DNA from: an uncultured delta proteobacterium
GTDB lineage: Bacteria; Desulfobacterota; Binatia; UBA9968
Assembly: GCA_963816145.1 (NCBI GenBank)
Contig: CAWFJP010000011.1
Coordinates: 465,630-529,629 of the forward strand
Reading direction: 5' to 3'
Length of the DNA: 64,000 nt
This document shows, one piece after another, positions 11,072-23,967 of this stretch (position 1 is its first letter; every line of letters starts with the position of its first letter). A model generated the notes under the pieces. It did not search any database. It was not told where the DNA came from and saw only the letters and a list, made by a program, of their open reading frames with translations. The position numbers and the translations under genes are program-made.

Positions 11072-12106
11072 TTATACATCACTGTCATCTTCCTCTGGCC
11101 GCGGCGGGTTAGGCCGTCCGCCTCGCTGCGTTCGTCCGCCGTCGCGATCTTGCGCTGCTGCATTGTTTTCTTCCCTAATTTTCCGATCGCCCTCGGGAAT
11201 GATCAGCAGCCGCCGATAGGCGCCTTGCCCAAGACTGCGCGTGGTTAACCATGGGTCGTCTTGTAATGCCGCATGCACGATTTTCCGGTCCGCGGCGCTA
11301 AGCGCGTCGATGGTCACGGTTTTGCGCTGACGTTTGGCCTTTTCGCCCAAGCGCAGCGCCATGTCTTGCAGGGTCTGCCGCCGCCGTTCGTGATAATTCT
11401 CGATATCGATGACGATATGCGGCGCTTCGTTGCCAGGCCGTTCGCCGGCGATGCGGCTGACCAGGTATTGCAACGCTTCTAGTGTTTGGCCTTTGCGACC
11501 GATGATCAAGCCGCTGTTGTCGCTCTTGACCTCAAGAATCGTTTCATCGGCGTCGACGCCGGCTTTCTGTTCCACCGACGCGTTCATGCCCATCAGGTTG
11601 AGAATCTCCGCCAGCGCCACCTTGGCCTTCTCGACCATCGCCGCCACTTCAGCTGATGTCGGCGGGGGCGGCGCATCGACCGGCCGCGTTTCCGCCTGTG
11701 GCCGCGGCGCCACCGAGGGACGCGGTGCGGCATCCACATGGGGCTCGGGTCTAGGGCGATCGGAAGTGCGCGGCCTCGATTCCTGCGCTTTGGCTCTGGG
11801 CTCGGGTCTCGGCGGTTCCGGCCGGCGCGGTTCAGGTGCACGCCGCTCCGGCGGCCGCGGGCGCGGTTCCGCCGCTCTTGTCGGGGCTTGCACAGCCTGC
11901 GGTTTGGCCGGTGCGGCATCGGGTTCGATATTTAGTTTGCGTAACGAGGCGCGAATCTTTGCTTTCTGCGCGCCGAATCCAAGTATTCCTTTGCGCCCTT
12001 CGGAAATAATCTCGACCGTGATCTTTTCGCGCCCCACGCCGAGCGCTTTGAGCGCGTTTTCGATGGCGGTGTCAATGTTATCGCCTTCGGTTTCGACGAA
12101 ATCCAT
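11072..12106 (-). CDS. jag: Jag/EloR (KhpB) RNA-binding protein
   Basis: Jag_N (AIENAL..LG...EG.KGILGFG), Pro/Arg-rich linker, KH (LIIGRKGQTLEALQYL), R3H (DRKIVHAAL); follows yidC. Confidence 0.95.
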   Translation of the reverse strand: MDFVETEGDNIDTAIENALKALGVGREKITVEIISEGRKGILGFGAQKAKIRASLRKLNIEPDAAPAKPQAVQAPTRAAEPRPRPPERRAPEPRRPEPPRPEPRAKAQESRPRTSDRPRPEPHVDAAPRPSVAPRPQAETRPVDAPPPPTSAEVAAMVEKAKVALAEILNLMGMNASVEQKAGVDADETILEVKSDNSGLIIGRKGQTLEALQYLVSRIAGERPGNEAPHIVIDIENYHERRRQTLQDMALRLGEKAKRQRKTVTIDALSAADRKIVHAALQDDPWLTTRSLGQGAYRRLLIIPEGDRKIREENNAAAQDRDGGRTQRGGRPNPPRPEEDDSDV

Positions 12107-12122
12107 AGCTGACCTTCCTCGG

Positions 12123-13754
12123 CTACTTATCGCTGCGGTTGATCCAGTACTGCTGGGCGATACCCAGAACATTGTTCACCAGCCAGTAAACGGTCAAGCC
12201 CGCAGGAAATGACACGAACATGAAGGTAAACATCAGCGGCATCAACATCATCATCTTTTTTTGATTGGGATCGCCCGCCGAGGGCGTCATCCATTGTTGG
12301 ATAAACATGGTGGCGCCCATAATGATGGTTAGAATCGGAACGCCCAGATGCCAGCCGTTAAACGTGAACGGCAGCGCCTGCCAATCGGGGCGCGACAGAT
12401 CTGGAATCCACAGGAACGGCGCATGGCGCAACTCGATCGGCGTGCTGAGCGCATTGTAAAGCCCGATGAAGACCGGAAACTGCAGCGCCATCGGCAAACA
12501 ACCGCCCAACGGGTTGACGCCGTTGCGCTTGTACAGATCCATGATTTCTTTATTGAGTTTCTCTTTGTCGTTGGCGTAGCGTTCCTTGAGCTTCTCCATC
12601 TGCGGCCCGAGCTTTTGCATCGCTTTCATGGAGGTAAAACTCTTGTGCGTCAACGGCCACATGATCAGCTTGATGAGCACCGTCAAAATGATGATGTCGA
12701 TGCCGTAGCTGCGGGTGAAGCGATGAAAAAAGTGCAGCACATAGAGCAGCGGCACCGAGATAAATCCGAAATAGCCATGGTCGATGGCGCGATCGATGTC
12801 CTTGCCCGCAGACTTCAGAATGTCGAGTTCTTTGGGTCCGATATACAGCTTATAGCGATCGCTGGCCGCGGCGCCGCTCACCGATGCGATCAAAGCCGCA
12901 CCGTCTTGGCGCACGGAAACCTTGTGACCTGCACCATTCTCCGGCATCAAGGCGAAGAAAAAATAAGTGTGGCCAAAACCCGCCCAAGCAATGTCACCGC
13001 TAAATTCGTGACCTTTGATCGCCTCGGCTGGCGCTTCGCGTTTGATCTTGTTGTCGATCAGGGCGATGAAGCCCTCGAACGGCGCACCAGGCGTAGCAAC
13101 CGTATGATCGCTTTTATCGGTCAGTAAGATCTCTGGAACCGGCGCATTGCCCGAGGCGGCCTGGACGGCGACATCGAACTGTATCGGATAAAGATTGCCG
13201 GTAAACGTCAACGACTTACTGATCGTCAGGCCGTCTGCGGTTTGGGCCTGAAAGACCAGTGTGCCCTTGGCATCGCCGGTGAGTTTAAGATCGGCACCCT
13301 GGGCCGAATAAGATAGGGCTGCGTCATCGAAGGCCGCCGGCGCTTGCCAACGCACTCCGAGAGGCAACGGCACGTCTTTCGCCGCCGCAATGATTTCAAA
13401 GGGCGGACTTTTGGGTTCCGCGCTGGCGCGATAGTTTTTGAACTGAAAGCTTTTGAGCCGCGCACCCTGGGTGGTAAAGACCGCGATGTAGTTGTCGGTT
13501 TCGACTTGAATGTTTTTTGCCGGTTGGCCAGTAGGCGCGCTAACCGGTGCGGCTGGAGCCGTGACCGCGGAAGCAGCAGCGGGCGCAGTGGCGGTTTGCG
13601 CCGGAGTGCCGGACGTCGGAGCCGCTTCTTTCTTCTCCGCGACCGGCGCTTGGCTAGCGGGAGGCGGGGGGCCATAATAGCGGCTAATAAACTCCTGGTA
13701 ACCGACTAACACGAGGACCGACAATGCTATGCCTATGAGTGCGCGTTTATCCAT
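12123..13754 (-). CDS. yidC: Membrane protein insertase YidC
   Basis: LYIGPKE, IIILTVLIK, SMKAMQKL.P, VNPLGGCLP, ELRHAPF.WI.DLS.PD, PAGL.VYW. Confidence 0.98.
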   Translation of the reverse strand: MDKRALIGIALSVLVLVGYQEFISRYYGPPPPASQAPVAEKKEAAPTSGTPAQTATAPAAASAVTAPAAPVSAPTGQPAKNIQVETDNYIAVFTTQGARLKSFQFKNYRASAEPKSPPFEIIAAAKDVPLPLGVRWQAPAAFDDAALSYSAQGADLKLTGDAKGTLVFQAQTADGLTISKSLTFTGNLYPIQFDVAVQAASGNAPVPEILLTDKSDHTVATPGAPFEGFIALIDNKIKREAPAEAIKGHEFSGDIAWAGFGHTYFFFALMPENGAGHKVSVRQDGAALIASVSGAAASDRYKLYIGPKELDILKSAGKDIDRAIDHGYFGFISVPLLYVLHFFHRFTRSYGIDIIILTVLIKLIMWPLTHKSFTSMKAMQKLGPQMEKLKERYANDKEKLNKEIMDLYKRNGVNPLGGCLPMALQFPVFIGLYNALSTPIELRHAPFLWIPDLSRPDWQALPFTFNGWHLGVPILTIIMGATMFIQQWMTPSAGDPNQKKMMMLMPLMFTFMFVSFPAGLTVYWLVNNVLGIAQQYWINRSDK

Positions 13755-13763
13755 TGATTAGGT

Positions 13764-13976
13764 TCATCCAACCGGATCGTAACCACCGGCGCTCCAGGGA
13801 TGGCAGCGGCAGAAACGCTTTAGAGAATAAAGCAGTCCTTTGAGTGCGCCGTGACGGCGGATTGCGGTTTGAGCATAATCCGAGCAAGTAGGGTAAAACC
13901 GGCATGCGGGCGGCAGCCATGGCGAGATCGCCAGGCGATAGGCGCGAATCGGCAAGATTAACAACCAGCGGATCAT
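13764..13976 (-). CDS. yidD: Membrane protein insertion efficiency factor
   Basis: YR.AISP...[14 protein letters not shown]...RC.PW..GGYDPV. Confidence 0.96.
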   Translation of the reverse strand: MIRWLLILPIRAYRLAISPWLPPACRFYPTCSDYAQTAIRRHGALKGLLYSLKRFCRCHPWSAGGYDPVG

Positions 13977-13980
13977 CGGG

Positions 13981-14340
13981 TCATACCTGCCGGCGCCCGC
14001 GTTGCGGTGAGAAACTCTTGGCCAACTCATTGTCGAGCGCACTTGACGGCAGATCCACCGCGCTCTTGCGCGCAATGACCAGAAAATCCATCCCAGGCGG
14101 CAACGCCGCACGGCTGCGCCGGAAAAACTCCCGTACCTGCCGTTTGATCCGATTACGGATCACTGAATTGCCAACCTTGCCGCTAACGGTGATACCCACG
14201 CGGGATTCAGCATGATCGTTGGTCTTGCTGATAACGACAAAATTTTCGGAATGGATCTTGTAACCGGATCGCGATAATCGCAAAAATTCGGGTCGTTTTC
14301 TCAGGCGGGCCGATTTCGGGAACGCTTGTTTACCCTTCAG
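13981..14340 (-). CDS. rnpA: Ribonuclease P protein component (likely CTG start)
   Basis: [39 protein letters not shown]; the only plausible start before the conserved N-terminal motif is CTG at 14340. Confidence 0.93.
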   Translation of the reverse strand: MKGKQAFPKSARLRKRPEFLRLSRSGYKIHSENFVVISKTNDHAESRVGITVSGKVGNSVIRNRIKRQVREFFRRSRAALPPGMDFLVIARKSAVDLPSSALDNELAKSFSPQRGRRQV

Positions 14341-14355
14341 GGCCTTCCCCCGCGG

Positions 14356-14520
14356 TTATGTGCGCGCCCGCTTGGGCGGCACCGACACCGTCAGTTTCTT
14401 GCGCCCTTTGGCGCGACGCCGTTTGATCACGTTGCGTCCTCCGGGAGTCTCCATGCGAGCGAGAAAGCCATGGGTGCGCTTTCTGCGAATATTACTCGGT
14501 TGATAGGTTCTTTTACTCAT
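14356..14520 (-). CDS. rpmH: 50S ribosomal protein L34
   Basis: Manual translation [54 protein letters not shown] (absent from the ORF track). Confidence 0.98.
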   Translation of the reverse strand: MSKRTYQPSNIRRKRTHGFLARMETPGGRNVIKRRRAKGRKKLTVSVPPKRART

Positions 14521-14596
14521 ATAAGAATATTTCCCTCTCAGGCCGCCTTCACGGCCAAGTGACTATATCAATCATACCGTTCTGGCGAAGTCAATT

Positions 14597-15604
14597 TTAA
14601 CCAGCCTCAGGTTTTAGCGACCGTTGCATCAAATCGCGCACCGCATCAGCCGGCTTTTTGTCGCTGTAGAGCACCTGGTACATCTGTTCAACAATCGGCA
14701 TTTCGACCGCCAACCGCTGCGCCAGAGCGTGCAACGCACGGGTGTTGCGCACCCCCTCGGCCACTGTGCGAGTCGAACCGGTGATCTCCTGCAGAGTCTT
14801 ACCGGCGGCGATCTGCAAACCCACCGCACGGTTGCGGCTCAAGTCGCCGGCACAGCTAAGCACCAAGTCGCCCAACCCCGGCAAGCCAGCCAAGGTCATC
14901 GGATCGGCGCCCATGCGCACAGCCAACCGGGTAATTTCCGCCAAGCCGCGGGTAATCAACGCCGCTCTGGCGTTTTGTCCAAGTCCTAAACCATCGCTAA
15001 TGCCGGCGGCGATGGCAATGACATTTTTAACCACGCCGCCGATCTGCACACCGACGATGTCGAGCGAGGTATAAACCCGCAGACTGGGCGTGCTGAGAAT
15101 CTCTTGAATCGCCCGCGCGACGTTTTCCGAATAGGCGCCAACCGTCACCGCGGCCGGCAAGCCGCGCGCGACTTCGATGGCAAAAGTCGGCCCGGAAAGA
15201 AACCCATGGCGCTCCCTGCTCGCGGCTCCGAGGATCTCAGCGAACAGCTCCGCCATGGTTTGCAGCGTCGTTTCTTCCAGCCCCTTCGTGCCGCACAGCA
15301 AATGAGCCTGCGGGCCGAAATGCGCCGCTGCGCCGGCAAACACTTCGCGCACGGTGTGGGACGGCACGGCGCAGATCACCAGCGCCTTACCCGCTACCGC
15401 GTGCTCTAAAGTCCGGGTAACGACGAGATTGTCGGGCAGCGAAATGCCGGGAAGATAGATCCGGTTTTGGCGATTTTGCACCAGGTCCTTGAAACTGGCC
15501 GAGCCATGGCACCAAAGCGTCACCTGCTCGCCCTTGTCGGAGAGCACTTTGGCAAGCGCCGTGCCCCATCCGCCAGCACCCACGACTCCAATCTCTCTAG
15601 CCAT
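14597..15604 (-). CDS. gpsA: NAD(P)H-dependent glycerol-3-phosphate dehydrogenase
   Basis: GAGGWGTALA, KGLE, LSGPTFA.EV, KNVIAIAAG, GLGDL..C...SRN, AEGV. Confidence 0.97.
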   Translation of the reverse strand: MAREIGVVGAGGWGTALAKVLSDKGEQVTLWCHGSASFKDLVQNRQNRIYLPGISLPDNLVVTRTLEHAVAGKALVICAVPSHTVREVFAGAAAHFGPQAHLLCGTKGLEETTLQTMAELFAEILGAASRERHGFLSGPTFAIEVARGLPAAVTVGAYSENVARAIQEILSTPSLRVYTSLDIVGVQIGGVVKNVIAIAAGISDGLGLGQNARAALITRGLAEITRLAVRMGADPMTLAGLPGLGDLVLSCAGDLSRNRAVGLQIAAGKTLQEITGSTRTVAEGVRNTRALHALAQRLAVEMPIVEQMYQVLYSDKKPADAVRDLMQRSLKPEAG

Positions 15605-15799
15605 GATCGATCTACGAAACAGTTATGAGCTGAAACAGACGCTGTTCGGCGCGCGAAAAATATTAGTGCCTGGAGTCGTCGATCAAAAGCGAAATCATCA
15701 TCGAATCTGCCATCCCGCCGCCCCGGATTTTTTGGGAACTATGCATTCTATGCGGCCAATTCTCCGAATCGATTAATGGCGGCTTTGCTGCGCTGAGCT

Positions 15800-18259
15800 C
15801 TAGGCGTCGCCCGCGCCGTCGTCATCTTCTTCTTTTTCCGCCACCCGCGCCAACGACACGACGCGTTCGCCTGGTTCGAGCTCAATCAAACGCACGCCTT
15901 GGGTGTTGCGGCCGATGATGCGGATATCCTTGATGCGCAGACGAATGATCTTGCCGATGTTGGTGACCAGCATTAGCTGGTCTTCCTCGTTGACTTGCTG
16001 CACACCGATGACCCGGCCAGTGCGGTCGCTGGTCTTCATCGTGATAATGCCCTTGCCACCGCGCGATTGCAGCCGGTATTCGTCCATCTCGGTGCGTTTG
16101 CCATAACCGCCGTCGGCAACCGTCAAGACGCTGAAGCCGCGCGTGAGGATCTCCATGCTGACCACATGATCTCCTTCGTCCAGACGCATACCGACGACAC
16201 CGAAGGTGCCGCGTCCGGTCGGGCGCACCTGCTCTTCTTTGAATCGAATCGATTGGCCCTCGGCGGTGGATAGAATCAGCTCCTGCTGGCCGTCGGTCAG
16301 GCGCACGCCGATGACTTCATCGTGATCTTCCAGGCCGATGGCGCGAATCCCGCTGGGGCGGGGATGGGCATAGGCCATCAGCTCGGTCTTCTTGATCAAA
16401 CCGTTTTTGGTGGCGAAAATTATGAAGCGCCCTTCCTGAAACTCGCGCACCGAGAGAAACGCCGAGACTTTTTCACCGGGTTCCAAATTGAGCAGATTGA
16501 CGATCGGCTTGCCGCGCGCCGCCCGGCTCGCCTGCGGCAGTTCGTGGACTTTGATCCAATACACCTTGCCGACAGTGGTGAAGAAGAGAATGTAGGAGTG
16601 CATCGACGCGATGAACAACGACTCGACAAAATCCTCTTCCTTGGTCGTGGTGCCGATCTTGCCTTTGCCGCCGCGCCGCTGTGCCCGGTAGAGCGTCACC
16701 GGATTGCGCTTGATATAACCTTCATGGGAGATCGTCACCGCCATGTCTTCGTCGACGATCATATCCTCGATAGAAATATCTTCCGCGTGATCGACAATCT
16801 GCGTGCGCCGCTCATCGCCATAATTTTTCTTGATGTCTTTGAGTTCGCCGACGATGATTTTGTAGATCTCTTTCTCGTCGGCGAGGATGGCGCGCAGTTT
16901 CGCGATGAGCTCGACGGTCTCGCGATGCTCCTCCATGATCTTATCGCGCTCCAAACCGGTCAAACGCTGCAAACGCAGGTCGAGGATCGCCTGAGCCTGC
17001 AACTCGCTCAATGCGAAATTGCTCATCAAGCCTTCTTTAGCGGTTTTGCCATCCGCCGAATTACGAATGAGCGCGATCACCGCGTCGAGGTTGTCGAGAG
17101 CGATCCGATAGCCCTCTAAAATATGCAGCCGCTCTTCGGCCTTGCGCAGATCGTAGGCGGTGCGCCGAGTCACCACTTCCTTTCGGTGATCGAGGAAACA
17201 CTTGAGCGCTTCTTTGAGCGTGAGCAACTTGGGTTTGCCGTCGACGATGGCGAGCATGTTCATACCGAAGGATTCTTGCAGCTGGGTATGCTTATGCAGC
17301 TGGTTGATGATGATCTCGGCCACCGCATCGCGCTTGAGCTCGATGACGATGCGCATGCCGTCGCGGTCCGATTCATCGCGCAGATCGCCGATGCCGTCGA
17401 TCTTTTTCTCGTTGACCAGCTCGGCGATCTGCTCAATCAAGCGCTTTTTGTTTACCTGGTAGGGAATCTCTCGAATAATGATCTGCTCTTTACCGGTGCG
17501 CTTGACCGTTTCAGTGAACGCCTTGCCGCGCATCTGAATGATCCCCTTGCCTTCATGGTAGGCGCGGATGATCGGCTCACGGCCATGAATGAACCCGCCG
17601 GTGGGAAAATCCGGTCCGGGAATATGGCGCATCAACTGCTTGATCGTCAGGTCGGGATTGTCCACCAGCGCCACTAGAGCGTCGACCACTTCGCCGAGAT
17701 TATGCGGCGGGATATTGGTCGCCATGCCAACCGCGATACCGGCGGAACCGTTGATGAGCAAATTAGGAATCCGCGACGGCAACACCGCAGGCTCTTTGAG
17801 CGAATCATCGTAGTTGGGGATAAAATCGACGGTCTCTTTTTCGATGTCGGCGAGCATTTCCTCGGCTAACAGCGTCATGCGGATCTCGGTGTAACGCATG
17901 GCGGCGGGATTATCGCCGTCGATGGAACCGAAATTACCCTGGCCGTCGACCAGCGGATAGCGCAGGTTGAAGTCCTGCGCCATGCGCACCACGGTATCGT
18001 AAATCGCCGTGTCGCCATGGGGATGATACTTACCCATAATATCGCCGACCAGACGAGCGGATTTTTTGTACGGCTTATCCGAGGTGTTGCTGGCGTCGTA
18101 CATGGCGTAGAGCACGCGTCGGTGCACCGGCTTCAAGCCATCGCGCACGTCCGGCAGCGCCCGGCTGATGATGACGCTCATGGCGTAGGCCATGAACGAC
18201 TCGCGCATCTCTTCTTCGATGTAGACCGGGACCTTTTGCGGCTTGATAGTAGCTTCCAT
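15800..18259 (-). CDS. gyrA: DNA gyrase subunit A
   Basis: [29 protein letters not shown] catalytic Tyr, GyrA-box QRRGGKG. Confidence 0.99.
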   Translation of the reverse strand: MEATIKPQKVPVYIEEEMRESFMAYAMSVIISRALPDVRDGLKPVHRRVLYAMYDASNTSDKPYKKSARLVGDIMGKYHPHGDTAIYDTVVRMAQDFNLRYPLVDGQGNFGSIDGDNPAAMRYTEIRMTLLAEEMLADIEKETVDFIPNYDDSLKEPAVLPSRIPNLLINGSAGIAVGMATNIPPHNLGEVVDALVALVDNPDLTIKQLMRHIPGPDFPTGGFIHGREPIIRAYHEGKGIIQMRGKAFTETVKRTGKEQIIIREIPYQVNKKRLIEQIAELVNEKKIDGIGDLRDESDRDGMRIVIELKRDAVAEIIINQLHKHTQLQESFGMNMLAIVDGKPKLLTLKEALKCFLDHRKEVVTRRTAYDLRKAEERLHILEGYRIALDNLDAVIALIRNSADGKTAKEGLMSNFALSELQAQAILDLRLQRLTGLERDKIMEEHRETVELIAKLRAILADEKEIYKIIVGELKDIKKNYGDERRTQIVDHAEDISIEDMIVDEDMAVTISHEGYIKRNPVTLYRAQRRGGKGKIGTTTKEEDFVESLFIASMHSYILFFTTVGKVYWIKVHELPQASRAARGKPIVNLLNLEPGEKVSAFLSVREFQEGRFIIFATKNGLIKKTELMAYAHPRPSGIRAIGLEDHDEVIGVRLTDGQQELILSTAEGQSIRFKEEQVRPTGRGTFGVVGMRLDEGDHVVSMEILTRGFSVLTVADGGYGKRTEMDEYRLQSRGGKGIITMKTSDRTGRVIGVQQVNEEDQLMLVTNIGKIIRLRIKDIRIIGRNTQGVRLIELEPGERVVSLARVAEKEEDDDGAGDA

Positions 18260-18327
18260 GAATCGCTCGCTAATTTACTGCGTGATTGGTTGCTCGGTGC
18301 AGCGTCTAGAACACTGCGAACGGCGCA

Positions 18328-20781
<2,454 letters not shown>

Positions 20782-20840
20782 TCAAACTATAAATTTTGTG
20801 AGAAAAATTCTGGAGTTAGGCAGAATTTCAGCTAGCTGGA

Positions 20841-20897
20841 ATAGTACCGGAATGGCGCCTGAAAGTAAAGCGCCGGCGATGCCATAAGTCATTGAAT
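20841..20897 (-). promoter_or_regulatory. Putative sigma70 promoter of gyrB with adjacent IHF-like site
   Basis: TTTACT-N17-TACTAT (20841-20869, minus strand); TAAGTCATTGAAT at 20885-20897 resembles the IHF consensus YAANNNNTTGATW with one mismatch. Confidence 0.5.
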
Positions 20898-21009
20898 TTT
20901 AAGGAATATTTAACAATTTTTCGGGCTTTTGGGAATTTGCCGCAATTTGGCTAGTTTTCGCCCGTTTGGTCAGTTGACTCTCCTCGACCACTAAGCGACA
21001 ACAGAGGCC

Positions 21010-21717
21010 GTGCAAAGCCTCCTTACAGCATTCAAATACTTAACGATTTTGGGTCGTTGGCGCGTGCCCACCAGCGACCCTGCGAAGTTTGGCAACGCCC
21101 CGCTGTGGTTTCCGTTGGTTGGATTGGCTATCGGCGTCGTTTTGACGGCGATCAATTACGCTCTTGCCTTACATGTCGATTCGGAGATTCTCAGCGTGGT
21201 GGTGATCGCGCTGTTGATCGTTGCCACCGGCGCCATACCGTTGGCGGGAACCAAGATTACGTTCGATTCCATGCGTCAGCCAACTAGTGCGGCGCGCGAT
21301 GGTGCCGGCGAGGTTTTCGGTTTGGCTGCGATCCTGATCATCACATTACTAAAAATCCACGCCATCGACATCATGGACGACAAAGTCGCTGCGAATATTT
21401 TTGTCGCACCGGCGCTGGCGCGTTGGGCCTTAGTAGTGTTGCTCTACGGTTACCACGACCGTTGTGACGAGACCATGCGGTTGATCGCCGAGCATACTAA
21501 ACTGTGGCACCTCGGCGCGACGACGCTTTTGACATTGACCCTGGCGACTTACCTGCTCGGCCGCGAGGCGCTGTGGATCGGTCTTTCCTTGTCGCTGCTG
21601 GCACTGTTGAGCCGCACCTTGCTGCATCGCCGCCATGCGATCCTCACGCTTAATAATCTTGGCGCGGTCACCGATCTCGGCGAAGCACTGACCCTCGTGC
21701 TTATGGCGGTTCTCTAG
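21010..21717 (+). CDS. cobS: Cobalamin synthase CobS-like membrane protein (degenerate motifs)
   Basis: AF.YLT, FPLVGL.IG, LARW, LGA...GE; lies next to a B12 locus; canonical LH.DG.AD..DG motif not retained. Confidence 0.75.
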   Translation: MQSLLTAFKYLTILGRWRVPTSDPAKFGNAPLWFPLVGLAIGVVLTAINYALALHVDSEILSVVVIALLIVATGAIPLAGTKITFDSMRQPTSAARDGAGEVFGLAAILIITLLKIHAIDIMDDKVAANIFVAPALARWALVVLLYGYHDRCDETMRLIAEHTKLWHLGATTLLTLTLATYLLGREALWIGLSLSLLALLSRTLLHRRHAILTLNNLGAVTDLGEALTLVLMAVL

Positions 21718-21744
21718 AGAAAATAGCGCGCCACCGACCCGACT

Positions 21745-22620
21745 ATGGAAATCTTCAAACCCCTGTCGCCGGTCATCCCGGTTTTCATGCTGATCATTGC
21801 CGGATTTATTTTTGCCCATTGGAAAAAAATCAGCTTGGCGTCGGTAACCGAAATCATCGTCTACTTGGGCACCCCTTCTCTGGTTTTTAGCTCGCTCGCG
21901 AGTAAACCGCTGTTTGCCGGCGATATTTTTATCCTGTTCTCCGGTATCGTCGTGATTTTCGCCGGCGTCGGTCTGCTGATCCGCGCCTACTTCGCCTTGT
22001 TCGGTTTTACCTCGCGCGGCTTCGCCTTACCCGCGCTGTTCATGAACGCGGGCAACATGGGTATTCCGCTGGCGTTTTTCGCGTTTGGCCAAGCCGGCAT
22101 GCAGCGCGCCACGCTGATGTTCGTGATCATCACGTTTATGCAGTATTCGTTGGGCATTTACATTCTGAACGGCCGCGGCAATTGGCGCGAAAGTTTTCGC
22201 TTGCCGCTGATCTACGCCGCCGTGGCCGGTCTGCTGATCAATCTTGCCCAGGTAAAAATGCCGGAAATCCTGCTCCAACCGGTCGCCATGTTAGGTCAAG
22301 CGACCATCCCGATCATGCTCATCAGCTTGGGCTACCGCTTGCACGAGGTCGATTCTCTTCAATGGGGCCATGCGCTGGGCGGCGCCATCGTGCGTATTTT
22401 CGGCGGCTTCGCCGTCGCCAACATCGCGGTGTTGGCCATTGGCGCCACCGGCGTCAACCGCCAAGTGTTATTGCTCTACGGCGCGCTTCCAGCCGCGGTG
22501 ATCAATTTCGTGTTGACCGAAAAATATCGCCAGGATCCCGCTCTCGCCGCGTCCATCGTGGTCATCAGCACTTCGCTCTCCGTCCTGACGATCCCAATTG
22601 TCTTTTGGTTGATTCTCTAA
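21745..22620 (+). CDS. AEC (auxin efflux carrier) family transporter
   Basis: ~10 TM; P.LVF..L, F.N.GNMGIPL...FG, LG.A.IP.ML..LG, P.A, ST.LS..T.P. Confidence 0.9.
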   Translation: MEIFKPLSPVIPVFMLIIAGFIFAHWKKISLASVTEIIVYLGTPSLVFSSLASKPLFAGDIFILFSGIVVIFAGVGLLIRAYFALFGFTSRGFALPALFMNAGNMGIPLAFFAFGQAGMQRATLMFVIITFMQYSLGIYILNGRGNWRESFRLPLIYAAVAGLLINLAQVKMPEILLQPVAMLGQATIPIMLISLGYRLHEVDSLQWGHALGGAIVRIFGGFAVANIAVLAIGATGVNRQVLLLYGALPAAVINFVLTEKYRQDPALAASIVVISTSLSVLTIPIVFWLIL

Positions 22621-22637
22621 CCGCCTCGATGACTCAC

Positions 22638-22666
22638 TTGACAGCCCAATCGCTGCGTTATAGTTT
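22638..22666 (+). promoter_or_regulatory. sigma70 promoter of B12 uptake locus
   Basis: TTGACA-N17-TAGTTT immediately upstream of riboswitch 1. Confidence 0.65.
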
Positions 22667-22667
22667 C

Positions 22668-22830
22668 CGCTAGGTTAATTCATAGCCCTAGGTTCAAAGG
22701 GAAGACCGGTGTAAATCCGGCGCGGTCCCGCCACTGTGACGGCGACGAAAGCCGCAAATAGCCACTGTTCCAACCGAACGGGAAGGCGCGGCGAGTAGAA
22801 TCAAGCCTAAGCCAGGAGACCTACCTAGAG
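22668..22830 (+). ncRNA. Cobalamin riboswitch 1
   Basis: AAAGGGAAG-ACCGGTGTAAATCCGG-CGCGGTCCCGCCACTGTGA ... GCCACTG ... GGGAAGG ... AGCCAGGAGACCT; CTAGGT/ACCTAG closing stem. Confidence 0.95.
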
Positions 22831-22913
22831 CAATTCGACCGGCCTCTCCGGAGAAGAGAGAAAGGTTTCGCGATCTTTCCCGTCAATATTCCAGAGGCCA
22901 GTAGTGAGCTCGG

Positions 22914-23672
22914 ATGAAGCTGGCACTATTTTTTTTATTATCGTTCGCTGTCCACGCGACAGTGCTCCTCGTGCCCATTTCACTCAATGGGCACGCAACC
23001 GATCAACCCATCACAGTAACGATCCTACCGCTCGAATCCGCCACCGAACAGGGCGGGGGCTCCGGCGGTGAGCACTCCGCGATAAATCAAGTTGCATCAA
23101 AGCACTTCCAAAAGACGCCTTTCAACGAGCGCCGCGGCGATTCCACACCAACCCCCACTGCCGTTGCGCAAGAGAAACATCCTGCCGAGAAACTGTCGAG
23201 CGTCCCTGCCACGGGTGTAACGGCGATCGCAGAAGACTCGACGGATGGCATTCCCACCAAAACGGGCGAAAGCATTGCAAGCGGCAACGGAAGCGGCGGA
23301 AGCAATTTTGGCGCAGAAAGAATTGGCGCCGGGAATGGCAACGGCTCCGGCAAAGGCCAAGGTAACGGAAACGGACCATCTGGAACGGCGCTAACTCAAG
23401 CGCGCTACCGCGAAACCCCGCAGCCTAATTACCCGGATAGCGCTAGGCGTGAGGGCAAAGAAGGTCGGGTGCTTTTGCGCGTGCTCGTCGATGAAGAAGG
23501 TAAGGCTAAGGCGATCGAGATCAACACCAGCTCCGGTCATGACCTGCTCGACCGAGCCGCAACGGAAGCGATCAAGAAGTGGCGCTTTGTCCCGGCGCGC
23601 GTCGGCGGCAAGCCCATCGAAATCTGGGTCAAAGTACCGATCGAATTCCAACTGTCGAATGCCAAACCATGA
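22914..23672 (+). CDS. tonB: TonB family energy transducer
   Basis: N-terminal TM with S...H motif (SFAVHA), Gly-rich linker, P.YP..ARR.G.EG.V.L...VD..G, SSG...LD.AA..A...WRF.PA. Confidence 0.93.
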   Translation: MKLALFFLLSFAVHATVLLVPISLNGHATDQPITVTILPLESATEQGGGSGGEHSAINQVASKHFQKTPFNERRGDSTPTPTAVAQEKHPAEKLSSVPATGVTAIAEDSTDGIPTKTGESIASGNGSGGSNFGAERIGAGNGNGSGKGQGNGNGPSGTALTQARYRETPQPNYPDSARREGKEGRVLLRVLVDEEGKAKAIEINTSSGHDLLDRAATEAIKKWRFVPARVGGKPIEIWVKVPIEFQLSNAKP

Positions 23673-23689
23673 GTGAAGCAAAGGAGGCC

Positions 23690-23930
23690 AGAGAAGCGAG
23701 TCTTATCAACCGCAGAGCGAGCTAAGGGAAAGAGGTGACGTCGCAAAATCGAAGGCAGAAGGATGCATTTCATCCGTCGCCCTTCAGGTTTTTCAAAGAA
23801 TGCCTCTGCTGCCCCGCAACTGTAAGAGCTACGAAAGCTGCACCCATGTCACTGTCCTGAGCGAAGGCGAAGGACGGGAAGACGCAGCGATTAGGTTCGA
23901 CGCTCAAGCCAGGAGACCTGTCCGCTCCGC
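23690..23930 (+). ncRNA. Cobalamin riboswitch 2 (with ~60-nt loop insertion)
   Basis: TAAGGGAA-AGAGGTGA[insert]GAATGCCTCT-GCTGCCCCGCAACTGTAA ... GTCACTG ... GGGAAG ... AGCCAGGAGACCTG, upstream of btuB-like gene. Confidence 0.88.
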
Positions 23931-23967
23931 CACAACGTTTCCCCTTTCGCGGGAGAAGGAGGGTTTC

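Noticed and set aside
11409-12212. 267-aa Gly/Ala/Ser-rich ORF antisense to jag
   Set aside because: Mirror of the Pro/Arg-rich linker of Jag
23800-23967. N-terminal extension of btuB in the ORF track
   Set aside because: Overlaps riboswitch 2; the real start is ATG 23968 with RBS and signal peptide
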